Source of the DNA: Takakia lepidozioides
Lineage: Eukaryota; Plantae; Bryophyta
Length of the DNA: 64,000 nt
Assembly (NCBI GenBank): GCA_030704615.1
Contig: CM060734.1
Coordinates: 2,790,001-2,854,000, forward strand
Direction: 5' to 3'
Program-made: the position numbers and the translations under genes
The notes under the pieces: generated by a model
Database searches by the model: none
What the model was told of the DNA's origin: nothing
What the model saw: only the letters and a program-made list of their open reading frames with translations
In this document: positions 34,001 to 46,415 of the stretch, piece by piece
Numbering within the stretch: position 1 is the first letter of the stretch
Layout: every line of letters begins with the position of its first letter

Positions 34001-37000
34001 GGCTTTACCGGAGCAGTCCATTTTGCAAGTGGAACTGCGATTTACACCCCCATCCTCAAGTCCTGCAATCCGGACTTCGCGCCAGCTCCATCCTTCCCGG
34101 CAAGCCTTCCGGATCTTCCTTTGGAGCGCCGTCTCGCCCTTGTACACCAACAAGAGCTGCTGCTTTCTACTTAAAGCATCGGCCACCACGTTGTCTCGTC
34201 CCGGTTTGTACTGGATATCCACGTCGAACACCGCCAAAGTATCTTGCCACCTAAGTTTTTTGGGGACAACTTGGGCTGCGTGGCAAAATACTTCACCGTG
34301 ACATTGTCCGTGAACACCTTCACTGGTTGGAACCAACATAGTGGCGCCAAAGCTCAAGACATGCACCACCGCTTCATCTCTTTTTCCGTGCGTCGGCCAC
34401 CGTCGCTCCACTTCATTCAGTTTCTTACTTTCGTAAGCAACTGGACGTTCATCTTGCATAAGTACAAACCCCAATCGCGAAGTCCGACGCATCTGTATGA
34501 ATCTCAAATGGACGATCGAACTCCGGGATTTTTCAAGACTGGAGCTTCCGCCATCCGCTGCTGATTTCTTCATTCAGCAAAAGTTTGGCCACAAAATGTG
34601 TTCCATACCCAGACTTTGGATTTACACACGACAGAAGGTCCGACAGTGGCCCCCCCGCGATCTTGGCAAAATTTCTCCATACTTCCAGTAATAGGAGGCG
34701 AGTCCTAGGAAGGATCGCACCCCCGGGACCGAAGTCGGAGGCTCCAGTCCAAGATCGCCCTCATCTTTCTGTCATCCATTTTGATCCCATCCTGTGTAAT
34801 CACATGCCCCAAGAACTCCACTCTCGTGACCCCGAAATTCGCATTTTGAAGCTTTGGCGTACAGCTTTCCTTCCCGCAACTTTTGGAACAACCCTTTTTG
34901 AGGTGCTCCAGGTGTTCCTCCTCCTTTGTTTTTGAGTACACCAAGATGTCGTCGATGTACACGATCACAAAGTCATCCAACCACTCCTGAAAAAGGCTGT
35001 TCATCAGCGTGCTAAAGGTCGCCGGTGCATTAGTGAGCCAAAAGGCATCACCAAGAACTCATATGAACCATACTTGTCCTGCACGCGGTCTTCTCCTCAT
35101 CTCCTTCCGCCACCCGAATTTGATGATAGCCGGAGCGCAAGTCGATCCGGCTGAAATACTTCGCTCCTGCCAACCGGTCTCAAAGGTCGCCGATCCTTGG
35201 CAAAGGGTACCGGTTTTTAATAGTCACCTTATTCAAAGCCCTGTAATCGACACACATCCGCAGCGTCCTATCCTTCTTGTCGGCGAATAGCACCGGGCTC
35301 CGTAAGTGTGACTACTACTCGGCCGGATGTACCCTTTTGATATTAGATCCTTGAGCTGAGTCTTCAGCTCGACCAACTCCCTGTGGCTCAACCGGTAGGG
35401 TGCCTTGGCAGGCGGTTCCGATCCCGGTATCACCTCAATCTTGTGGTCAACCTCCTCTCGCGGTGGCAGCCGCTTGGTAAATCCTCCGGCATCACATCCT
35501 GGTATTTCTCCAAAATCCCCTTGATCCAATCTGGGCTCGGCTCCCCATTGCCCTCTCCATTCACTTCTCTAATGTAAAGCAAAAATTGGGGCTCGTGTGC
35601 CTCCTCCACGGTCCACTCCTGTTCCTTTGCTGACAGAAGGTTTATTTTGCCTCTCCCACTGATTTGGGCGTTTCCTCGACACTCGTAAAACCTCGCCACC
35701 ATTCCCACATGGCAGCGTGACTACTCTCTTTCTGCGGCCATCTATGACCGCTCCGGATTTGCTCAAAAAGGTCATCCCCAAAATGAGATCCACTCATCGA
35801 TCTCGCAGATGGTGAAGTTCTCACGTCCCTCCCAACTCCCCAGTTGAAGAGGAACATCAACGCCAACCTTGTCGCCAACTGAGGTTCTCCTTGGCAGAGC
35901 GCACCTCAATAGAGGCCCCCACGTCACTTGTCGGGAGTCCCAACTTTCGCGCCGCCGCCGCCGTCATGAAGGAGTGCGACGCTCCTGTGTCCACCAACAA
36001 CGACACGTTAGTTCGGATATTATCCCATCCACGAACAATAACTGACTCCCTTTACGCAGGGCGCCAGTTTCCTGATACAACTCACAAGAATAGTTGCCTA
36101 CCTTGCAAGTCCTGACGACCACCGCTTCCACCAAGCGACTGATGGTATCTTCCGACAGCTCCGGGTTGCTCGAGTCATGTTCAATTGTCGAGTTTTGTGC
36201 ACTTCTTGGCCATGTGCCCGGGCTCCCCGCAATTGAAACACACTCCATCAAAGGTCGCTTTCTGTCCGCCATAAGTTGCTCCACCCGCTTTTGCTTTCGA
36301 AGCACCGGTGCCCCGCCTGACGTGTGAAGGCCCTCCTTCGATTTCCACGTGCCATTGTCGCCGCGTGGCCTATCCCACTTTCTTTTCCGGTCGGAAGGAG
36401 TCACCTTCCCGCCGGGTCTTCTTGTGGTTCAGCTCCATACGGCCTTGTCTCTCACCCCTAGGGACATCCGAAACATTCAGCCCTCTCAATTGCCTCGTTC
36501 AAAGTCTTGGGTGGCTTCTCCTCCAACTTCCGCCTGGCCCATGGGGCCAGTCCCGCCACAAAGTTGAAGACATTTTCTGGTTCTGCCATGTCCGCGACTC
36601 GAGCAACAGCACATTGAAAGCTTGGACATACCCCCGAATGTCATCTGTTTGCTTCAAATTCCCTCATCTTGTCCCGGGCAAGCCAGGATGCGTTGAGGGG
36701 CACAAACTGTCTCTTCATCATTCCTTGAACCCACTCCAGTTCAAGGTTTCCGGATTGGGCCTCGGTCGTGAAGGCGTTTCTGCCACCATTGTTGAGCATA
36801 GCCCTCAAATAGGTGGGAGCCACTTCCACCCGATCTCGTCATTCAACTTGGCCGCCCGGAAGTACTGCTCTAGCTCCAAGAGCCAGGTGTTGAGTGCCTT
36901 CCGATTTCGGACGCCCTCAAAGGTTCGGGTTCCTTAGGCTTCACTTTAAACTTTGCCTTAGTGGAAGTGCATTAGCCGCCTTCAACACGTCTTTCAACGT

Positions 37001-38036
37001 CCTGCCAAACTGCGCCAACAACCCTTCCCAAAGGCTGCCGGCATGGGAGGCATCTGTTGGTCGGTCGGAGCTCTCACGGATTCCTCGGGCTCCGACTCCT
37101 CGGATTCCTACCGCTCTTGAGCGGGCCTCGCTTTCAGAAACCTGCGTCGCTTCCTCAAACGGCCGCTTCGGTGACACGTCGCCCCCATCGGGCTCACCAG
37201 GATCATTATCTTTTGGGCCGTTCCGCTTTCGCTTTGGCTTGCCCGACCCCATGATGAGGCCAATCCCAAGGAACGATCGCGTATTGAACTCTAAGCTCTG
37301 ATACCAAGTGTCGCGCACCTCATTCGGTAAGCTCCCCTTCAAGTCATAGTTACTCGCTTTGATGCGCGCGCCTGACTCCCAACCTGGCCGCCCGGGCCAA
37401 CTTGGAGCTTCTGCTGCTTACCCGGACATAACTGTCCCCTTCGGTTCCCACTAAACCCTCCACCTATTTGGGACTAGGAGAATTCCCTTTGTTACATGGC
37501 AGTCCGGAACAGCTCCCCACTCTTTGGTCGCTTTCCGGCTCGCTCGCTTACTCACTAGTTTTTGGTCACCAACGGGCTTGCACCGTTCTCGGGGTCACTA
37601 CTCCCCTTATATATACTATACTTCTGTAGCTGTCCGCGGGGGTTTCACAACCAGCCATGCCATTTTATGGCGAACCACCACGAAAACCCTCGACTCCCGG
37701 TGGTGAGTCGCGGTGAGTCTTGGCCCACTCACCACGGCCCCTATGGATCGTGATGAGTTCCAAGACTCCCCACGACTCCCACCACGAGGTCTCCGCCCCC
37801 ATGGTGAGTCCTATGCCACCCCACTTAAGTCCCGCTAGCTACCACCACCCCTTGTGGAGCCACCCCCCCCGCAACCGGTGTGCGGGGCTCACCTAATGAG
37901 CGCCTCCGCCTCCTTGAGTGCCTTGGGCACTCAAGGGTGCTTCAGCCCCCCATACCTATCGCTGCCGCTGCCCCCACCACAGGGGCAGCCCCTCATGTGT
38001 CCCGACCCCCTGCCCTCAAGGCAAAGGGCCGCGACA
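31037..38036 (-). mobile_element. Full-length chromovirus-type Ty3/Gypsy LTR retrotransposon (7.0 kb)
   Basis: LTRs 31037-31768 and 37309-38036; TSD CAGAA (31032-31036 and 38037-38041); PBS tRNA-iMet 37295-37306; domain order gag-PR-RT-RH-IN-chromo. Confidence 0.96.
32740..37255 (-). pseudogene. gag-pol with many frameshifts
   Basis: Protease VDTGASHSF (~35965-36000); RT VYIDDILVYS; RNase H RPVAYESKKL and NVVADALSR; integrase VVVDRFSKM and IVSDRDPKF; GPF motif; chromodomain EYEVEAIL. Confidence 0.9.
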
Positions 38037-40224
38037 CAGAAAGAGATGACGGCTACAAGAAGGACTATAATGAGTGCTTTTGTGAAGCGGTTGAGAATTG
38101 CCTACCCATCATAGGGATCGCAGTTTCTCCTGGAGATAAAAAAAACCATTATAACAAGCCAGGCAAGCCAGAGATGGCCCAGGAGAAGTTGCACAGGTTG
38201 TCTACTACCGCCGTTGTGTCTTCAGAACAGAGGTGAAGTGGCTACAGATATGGAACTCCGATCCCAAAGTTAGGGATACCCACATGTTCCCCAGGCCGGA
38301 GAAAGAGAAGAAGACCCAGCGTGTCATTCCTGTCAGTGACAATGTGCTGGACACATGGCTTCACAAGGCCACTTACTGGAGCCAGGTGTGATGTCCTTTC
38401 CTGTGTCACTTTCTTTTCTCTTTTCTTGTCCTTCTCTTTCCATTGCCTCTTACATTCGCTGTGATTGTTTTTGGGTTCATTCTTGCATTTGAATTATTTT
38501 GCAGTTGGAAGAAAGGGCCCGGTCGGTTCTGCATACTCAGCTGGCTTACTATGGCATCACTATGACAGCACCGAAGGTCTCCTTCAAAGCATACATGAGG
38601 AAATGGAGAGCCACAGTGTGGCATTCTTGTTTCTTTAGAGAGTTCAGCAAGGAGGGTGACATCAGTCGAACAAATGACCTTGACCAGCAAGAAAAAGGAG
38701 AGGAAGCCTGGAAACGATGCCTTTACAGGTGCACACCCTGGGCCTTCAGGCTACTTAGTGTGCTGTGGTTGCAATGTATTGTGCCGCATACTGTTTAAGG
38801 GGGTCTTCCTGGTGTGATGGAAAAGCTGAGAGACAATAATTGCATTGCATAATGAGGCTGTCTCAGTTCTTGCAGGTACATAAAGTTTGTTCTCATGGAA
38901 GAGAATTGCTTAGACAAACATCTTGATTTCGTGGACCTTTGGCTTGTCCCTGCTGGCAACCAGACCATGTTTACTACTGGGATCTTGCATGACTGGGGCC
39001 CAGACCATCTTTCTTCTTGTGGTTGGTATTTGGATTGCCCTCCTTCTGAGACCCCAGCTCCGGAGGTGGCTTTGAGGAGAGAGAATGAGCGTATTGCAGC
39101 CACTGCCGCAGCAGCCGACCTCGACATTCATGAACAAAATTTGAGGACTCTTGCAGAGAAGGAGCCTCCCGCTCAGGATACCCCGGGTAGAGGAAGAACG
39201 GCAAAGGGAAAAGATGTTGTTGGTGTTGTGGGGAAAGGAAGGGGTAGAGGGAAGGTGGCACAAAGGCAGGGAAGTGTTGCAATCCGCGTGCTTTCACTTA
39301 CCCTCCAGGGCTATCACACCTATTTGGACTTCTTTCCAGTCCTCCTCGGTCTTGCGTGCTACCTGTCTATGCGGAGGCTTTCGCAGCAAGCATGTCCGTT
39401 CATGGCACTCGGAGTCCACCCATCGACGACCGTGGTAGAAGACGTGGTGTTGGGGCCGGAATCTTTGTGGATGACATAGCACAGGAGGTCGAGACTGATT
39501 TTGATGACTGTGACACTTGATATGAAGTTTTCTTTTGGTTTTATTCGGGGCCAAATTTGAAATGGGATGGTTGTGTGTCCTTGTTGTCATGTTTGCAATG
39601 TGTGCGTGGAATGCACATTCATGGGAACAAACTATTGTTGGAGATGGGGGTTGCATGGACTGCTCGGATTGTTCCTTCAATCTATTTAGTGTTTTGTGGA
39701 CCTCACAGACTTGAGTGCATTGCAAAAACAAACAAACGACTTTGGTTCGTGTAGAGCATTCTCGCATCATTTGCTCGTTGGTCTCCAAACCATTCCTGCT
39801 AGAAGAATGGTTGGTGAATCCATCATGGTGAAGTCCACCTCATCAAAGAGCGTTCAGGCATTCTCAAATCTAATGAGCATCCATGATGCTCCCGCACATA
39901 CCTGGCATGTTCGCAAGGGTGGTGAGTAAGAAAAGATTTCGCAGGGATCCGCTTTAGATGATGTCAGTGTGCACCTCCTCACGACGTACCTACATAAACT
40001 TATGAGGGCTTGGTATGTTGATAACGTCTGGATGGATGCAATGGATACAATGGATGTAACATATCCACTCTGCATTCCCGAGAAATGGCTGATCAACCCG
40101 CGGAAATAGGTGACACCCGCGGAAATAGGCCCTATATGCATGCTGACGTGGCGTGAGCCTGTGCTGGGCTCACGGTTTCCTGGGCTCACAGGCTCACGGA
40201 ATAGCACCCCCCGCAGGAGCACCA

Positions 40225-43200
40225 TCCACACTGTCAATGGAGTGGATGGAGGGGAGCGGGGACGTGGGAGGGCAGCGGGGGCGGAGGGGACCGATGACGT
40301 GAGGGGAGCGGGGACGAGGGGGAGCGCGGGAGGGGAGGAGGGGAGGAGGGGAGCGGGCACGGAGGGGAGTGACGGAGGAGGGGAAGCGTGGGCGGAGGGG
40401 AGCGACGGACGAGGGGGACCATGGGAGGGCAGGGGGGAGGGGGAGCGGGGAGGGGGGGGGGGGGGGGGAGTGATGGAGGAGGGGGAGTGCGGGAGGGCAG
40501 CGGGGGAGGAGGGGAGCGATGTTAGGGGGGGAGTGACGGAGGAGGGGGAGCGCGGGAGCGGAGGGAGCGACGGACAAGGGGGAGCGTGGGAGGGCAGCGG
40601 GGAGCGAAGGGGAAGGGGAGTGACAGATGAGGGGGAGCGCGGGAGGGCAGCGGGAGCGGTGACGGGAGGGGAGCGGAGGGAGTGGCGGACAAGGACGGAG
40701 AGCGCGGGAGGCCAGCAGGGGTGGAGGGAAGCGACAGACGACGAGGGGGAGTGCGGGAGGGGTGGGGAGCAACGGATGACAAACCCTTGCTGCGGGAGGC
40801 CAGCCGGGGCGAAGGGGAACGACGGACAAGGGGGGCGGGGGAGGCCACCGAGGGCAGAGTGGAGAGGGGACGGGAGGGGAGCGGAGGACGAGGGGGACCG
40901 CGAGGGGGCAGGCGGGAGCTTGGAGGTGGGCTCCATGGCAGCACAATGACATAGGAGCAAGGGCACTCCAGGAGGGGAGGAAGATAACCCCAACGAAGGG
41001 GAGCGGGTCGGAGGAATGGAATGGAGAAGGTGAGCAACGACGGCTCCGCGCACACAGGCGAGCAAGAAATACATGGAAGGGAGCAAAGAGGCTACAAAGG
41101 ACGACCACAGAAGGGGACCACAGGATGGGATAGTTGACGAGGGCAACGCCCGATTGCAGGAAGAGGGGAATGGGGAGCGGAGAGCAGGGCACAATGACAT
41201 GACATATAAGCATGGAGGAAGGAGTCCATGAACGGAAAAAGGAGCGGCGACGAGGGGACCATTTTTGCACAATGTCTCATCATGAAATGAAAAGCACGAC
41301 GACTCTTTTGAATGTTGCAGTAGGCTCGACCTCCTTTAGCAGAGATAGAGAGCCTACTGTGACATACGAAAGACTCGCAGAGCTTTTCAAACATGGTGGG
41401 ACATTATGTGAAAACGCCAAGAGGCCCTAAAATGGTTGCAAATCGCACAATAACAAAAGGCATCCAACAGGCCAGATATTGAATGAAGCGCAAACTTGAA
41501 ACCTTGACATAATAGTAGCATAATACCAGAACGCATGAAATGAATGTTGGCAAGCGCTGCTGCATGAAATGGGACAGGACACATTCCTCGCTGGAGAACA
41601 CCCATCTGTGAACACCCAAGATTGGAGCTATGGCGCAAGAAGGCCGCTGTTGCAAGGCAGTCGAGGAAAACAAACATCTATCAAAACTGAGAAAACCCTA
41701 CATATACATAGGGTGCGGTGAATGGTGACAATAGAGCCACGTGTCTCTGCAGGGACTTGGGGACCGTAGGGGAGCCAAAAACAGGGACGGGGGAGCAACG
41801 GTGAGGGCAGCATATGAGAAGGGGACTTGGGAAAACGGCGATGGAGGGGAGGGCAAAGGAGGGAGCACGCTGGAAGGGCAACGAGGAGCAGAGGAACGAA
41901 AGAGGGGAGCGGCGAGGTCACGTGGAGCGCTGCAGGAGAGGAGCGGAAGCATGGGCGCTCGTGGGGGGCAGCGGCGAAGTTGGGGGCGGGGATGGAGGGA
42001 AGCACACAGGAGGGAGCACACAAGAAGGGTAGGGTAGTGGGAGCAGGGGAACAAAAGAGGGGAGCAGCGAGGTCACGGGCCGGAGCGCCGCAGGAGGGGA
42101 GCAGAAGCAGGGGTGGCTCGTGGGGGGGGAGCGGCGAAGTGAAGGGGGGGGGGGGGCGATGGAGGGGAGCACACAAGAGGGAGCACGCAGGAAGGGCAGG
42201 GTAGAGGGGAGCAGGGGAATGTGTCGGGAAGTGTCCACTTTCCCGTTTCTGTCATTTTCTATATGTGGGTGGTCATTCTCTGCCGCCCTGCATGCTCCGA
42301 TGAAGCTGCGCATGAGGGGTAGGATGATCTGATTCTCGTTGCCGCCTGAAAGTCCCAGATCTTAGATATGACTGTTGGGGGCACCCATGTTTTTCCATTC
42401 TTCTATGGAAACATCCAATCTGCACCACATCCAATTCATGACAATGGTGAGTAGCATGGGAGAGGGGGGAAGCAGGGCAACATGACATGAAGAATGGAGC
42501 AGGGGACCAGGAATGAAAAGAGGGCAATGATCATGCCTGCACACATATCAGGGGAGCTCCCGGGGTGATGCAACCTGCGTCTGAACATGGACCTACGTCT
42601 CAAGGCTTCAATTTCACTTCCCTCACTTTGGCTTCTTGGCTTTCCGGTGCTTCTCTTTAACAACCTTGACCGTCTCCGGATCACGATCAACATATGGGTG
42701 TCGCATCTCTGGATCAGCAGATGGGTCTTCAGTGGACGGTGCATTCGCCCTTGTACATGGAGGCCCCCGGTCCCCCGGCAAAGGTATGAATCCATATGGT
42801 CCCTCACCGAGAATAGGAAGTATTTTCCGCGGTGGTAGGGGTGTCCCCTCCTGAGGACGTGGGATGACTCTGGCCCCCGGAATGTAACGTGAACGTTCAG
42901 TGTCGTGGCATCTTCCAAAACAATAGCAAAGAGCAGTGTGGTGGTGCGGAGGGGTTTGGGGACATGCCGGGAGGGAACACGCGGATTTTCGGCAGGAGGT
43001 AAGGGGACTTGAGGTCCCCTTGTTGATGCCCTTGTTTATGGATGTTGGCTGCTACGGAGTGAAGGGTTGGAGGAGTATCCAAAAAGACAGGAGAGAATGC
43101 AGATGTAGGTCGGGAGTAGGGGAGCAAGGAGGGGACCACAGACTCCAGATCGTCGGGGCAAGCCTGCTTGTTTCTTCACAGTTGTGTTGTTTTGTCCACA

Positions 43201-45921
43201 TCTGTTGTGTCCATATCAAGAATGTCCCTGGTGCGTTTTCCTTTTTGCTGTACCCGACCCGGTGTAATACCCCTGCCCGGGGATGTTGGTGTGTTGAGCA
43301 ATGGCATGTTATGAGCAAAAGAGGCAGGGAGAGAAGGTTGAAGGGTGACAGTGCAAAGAGCAGCACAGCCAGGAGGGAAGGGCTCAGGACAAGGACTACG
43401 AGACACGGTAGGGAGGAGAGGTTGGAGGTTGAAGTGCTTCATGTACATGTGGACTTTCAGCATCTTGGACTTCACTCTTGTGGACAAACCATTTGGGGGC
43501 GGTTGGAAAGACCAAGCCCTTGCCTGCTCGGTGGACATGAGGCTGTCATCACCTTGCACACACAAGCAAAGAGGGTAAAAAAGGGACGCGGCCTTCACAA
43601 CCACCTTTCTGGGGAAAGGGGAAAGCCCAACAGTGAAGAGGGGAACAATGAGGGGAGCAGCCAAGACCGAACACAACAGACAGACAGGGGAGGAACAAGG
43701 AAAAGCTCCTTGAACATAGGCCAGCTGGGAGCTCGCACAGGGAAACCAGTCACCCAAATGACGGATGGCATAACGAGAATAGGGAGCAAGGACATGGCAG
43801 TAAGGGGAGCATTAAGGAGACGACAAATAGGCATGAAGAGGGGGGGAGGAGATTGATAGCACGTATGAGAGGCAACAAGAACCTAAGGACATAATGCAGG
43901 GGAGCGGACAACAGGCCAATAATGAGGGAAAAATAAAAGCAGGAGTCCAGCTGGGGAGCAAGAGAGATCACATTGAGGATATCTTTGATCCTGTGTTTCT
44001 GCGCACGTGCTCCAAGCTTGAATATGGCGCTGGAGGCAATGTGCTCCATGAAAGCTGCATACCATCCATGGTCTTCAAATGCTGGAAATTTGCATGGCAT
44101 TAGACCACAGTCAAGGAGATACAATGTCCCAGGGCACTGATCCCCGTCATGGGGCTCTTCATCTTCGGCTTCAATCTCCGCTACTATACTTTGTATCTCC
44201 TTCCGCAAAAATGTACCACCTACCTTTGTACCTCCGCTCCCCTCTGATGGCTCCCCTATTCTGTCATGAAGCTTGTTTTCTTGTGTAGGGCTTCTGCCCC
44301 CCGCACACTATCATTGCCGCGCTAACCTGTGCAAAATCTCGCGCTCCCCTCACAAATTTCTTCTTTGGGATATCATTGTTCATGGAACCATCATGTTTCC
44401 TCTCGAGGCGCTCAGATGCTGTTGCGATTGCGTTGCGACTTACCCTCTTCACGCTTGCAAATCTCTTATTTTGTTTGAATTTGTTTGCACGAATGGGTCG
44501 AGGGACAGGATTGGGACCACGCATCCTCAACACGACAGCTTTGTCCTCAGTAGATGTCTTGCTCATGGGCCATGGCTTGCAATCCGGCGCATACAGGGGA
44601 GCGGGGACGACTGCAGGGACCGGGAAGCAACGCGGGAGGGGAGCGGGGGTTGACGGAGTGGAGCGGGGAGCCTCGCGAGGGTACCGAAGGAGGGGAGCGG
44701 TGCGCGCAGGGAGCGGAAGAATTATACAGCGCAGGGCCAGCTTGGATTGAACTGGGGAGCGGGGGAGCCCTCACGAGGGGAGCAGGGAGAGGGGGAGGGG
44801 CGGAGGTGAGCAGGGGAGAGGGAGAATTATACGGTGCGGGAGCGCACGGGATCGAGCCGGGGAGCTGCTGGCAGGCGGATGCGAGGAACGACCACCGAGC
44901 TACGCGAGAGGTCGGGAATCGGAAGGCTGGCGCGAAGTATATAAGAGGGCCCGGAAGGCGGGGCGCGATCGGGGGCGGCGAGGGGAGCGGGCAGGTCGGG
45001 GCAGGCCGACGGGGGCGGGGATTTGACACGGGGGTCGCCGGCCGTCCGGGGTTCCGGCTATCAGGTTCGCATGCGCGAAATAAACTCGTTGGGTAAGCGT
45101 AGTCTCTTCGCTTTCATAGCCATCTTTATCTCATCTTTGCAAATGTTAATGAGCAAATGTTGGCTGTTGATGTGTGAGGGGCACCGTTTTGGGTAAGATC
45201 CTAACCATCCATTTAGAGCCAAAAGGAGCCATGATCTCAGCCGTCTGATAATATAGATCTTACGCAGGGGAAGGCCCTCGGACGGAGCCGTTCCCGGAAT
45301 TCGGGGCGCAGCGAGGCTCGGGGCCTCCCTGTACGTTCTGTGATAGAAGCAAGTCATATTATAGAAGCAAAAGGACAAACTGCTCGCTGGCCCTGGAGTG
45401 ATCCGATCTCTTACCTACGTCATCCACTTGGAAAGGGGGCCGTCCATAGCAGGCTCAATCCCGGTTACCGTATACGTAGACGCTAGAGGTATGAAGTTCT
45501 GCTCTAGTCGAGAAAAAAAGAGCAGAGCAAGGGAGCATTCGGCCCTCGGGACAGGCGCCTCAAATCCAGGAAAGTCCTGGGGCGAGGGCTTTACCTTTCG
45601 TAAGAAACGAAGCTGCCCGTTTTTGAGACTGCCCGTTTCTCCTCTGCGTTGCCTTTAGGGTTTCATTTTCACGTCATTGTAGCTCGCTGCCCAAGTTTGA
45701 AAATCGTCTGCCCAATATTAAGAATAATAGATCCATAAAATATGCCAGCCTGCCAGGGACAGATTCCATAATCTGGGATTACAGCCCCCGGGGCAAAAAC
45801 CTGTAATCACGTGCGAGGGAAAATCCCTGTCAGGGAAGCCCTAATTTTAACAAAGCCAAAAAATCTGAAGGTTTTTACGTACTAGAGAACGGGCCGGGTG
45901 TGAGGGTTTCTTTTCGCTGTG
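40225..45921 (-). mobile_element. Unclassified decayed element or gene that hosts the outer MULE (its other piece is 10555-10609)
   Basis: Exon-like minus-strand fragments (44566-44330, ~44250-43975, ~43550-43420, ~43310-43140, ~42920-42545) separated by pyrimidine-rich stretches; TATATA near 44938; possible CACAG terminus at 45921. No domain recognised. Confidence 0.35.
40240..40930. repeat. Strand-biased G/A-rich degenerate minisatellite (GGGAGCG/GGGGGAG units); similar tracts at ~41750-42220 and ~44595-45030
   Basis: Direct reading; produces spurious Pro-rich and Gly-rich ORFs. Confidence 0.85.
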
Positions 45922-45980
45922 GACGGCTCAGATTGGGGCATCTAACATAAAAGATGACGTTGTAAGGGAAAGATGGCGTG

Positions 45981-46085
45981 CATAATCTCCCACGGGACAT
46001 TACGCGTAATATCCCACGGGAAATTACGGGTAAGATCCCACTGGAAATTACGTGTAAGATCCCCGGGCCCGCGTAATATCCCCCG
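45981..46085. repeat. Tandem 24-bp imperfect palindromes CGTAATATCCCACGGGAAATTACG x ~3.5
   Basis: Units start at 45981, 46005, 46029, 46053. Confidence 0.75.
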
Positions 46086-46415
46086 CCCACTGTTGACGTG
46101 ACATTCCCTCAGGTAAGCTCCCTGAAAATACAAAGAGAAAAAACCCGTAGGTTGTTACGGTTGGCATCTTGTCGAGTGGGAAGAGCCCGTTGTCGACATG
46201 ACTATTGCGACTCCCAATCTTCCGTATGCTGCAGGATCGAATGAAATAAGAATACCATGTCCTGTGTGATCCAGGTCGACCTCACGGCGTGCCTCCATTA
46301 GGTGCAGGATGTCAGCAGCTGTCACCACAACCCATCGTGCGGCAGGCTTCGGCGCTGAAGCGGAACCTACGGAAAGCAAAGACGTTGGCAAAAGAAAAGG
46401 CATCCTACAGAGCTA

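Larger units (their letters stand above)
30345..39280 (+). pseudogene. Outer ParB-domain cargo gene, interrupted by Gypsy and truncated before any methyltransferase domain
   Basis: SGKMFHVWDGNHRLLAW (D at 30388); exon-by-exon similarity to the inner gene: ETWYLLTREAFMEY, EKLHRLSTT, WLQIWNS, FFREFS..RCLYR, YIKFVLME..CGWYLDCPP, with matching intron positions. Confidence 0.8.
10622..40212. mobile_element. Outer giant Mutator-like (MULE) element, ~9.2 kb net of two nested insertions
   Basis: Direct repeat GCAGGAGCACCA at 10610-10621 and 40213-40224; short degenerate TIRs (left GCGTAGCTACGGCGTGAGC, right revcomp GGGGGGTGCTATTCCGTGAGC) with reiterated CGTGAGC; contains MULE transposase and ParB-domain gene. 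Confidence 0.85.

Noticed and set aside
39854-41272. Long Pro-rich and Gly-rich ORFs (472, 358, 279 aa) as extensin-like genes
   Set aside because: By-products of a G/A-rich minisatellite; the 472-aa ORF crosses the MULE end at 40212.
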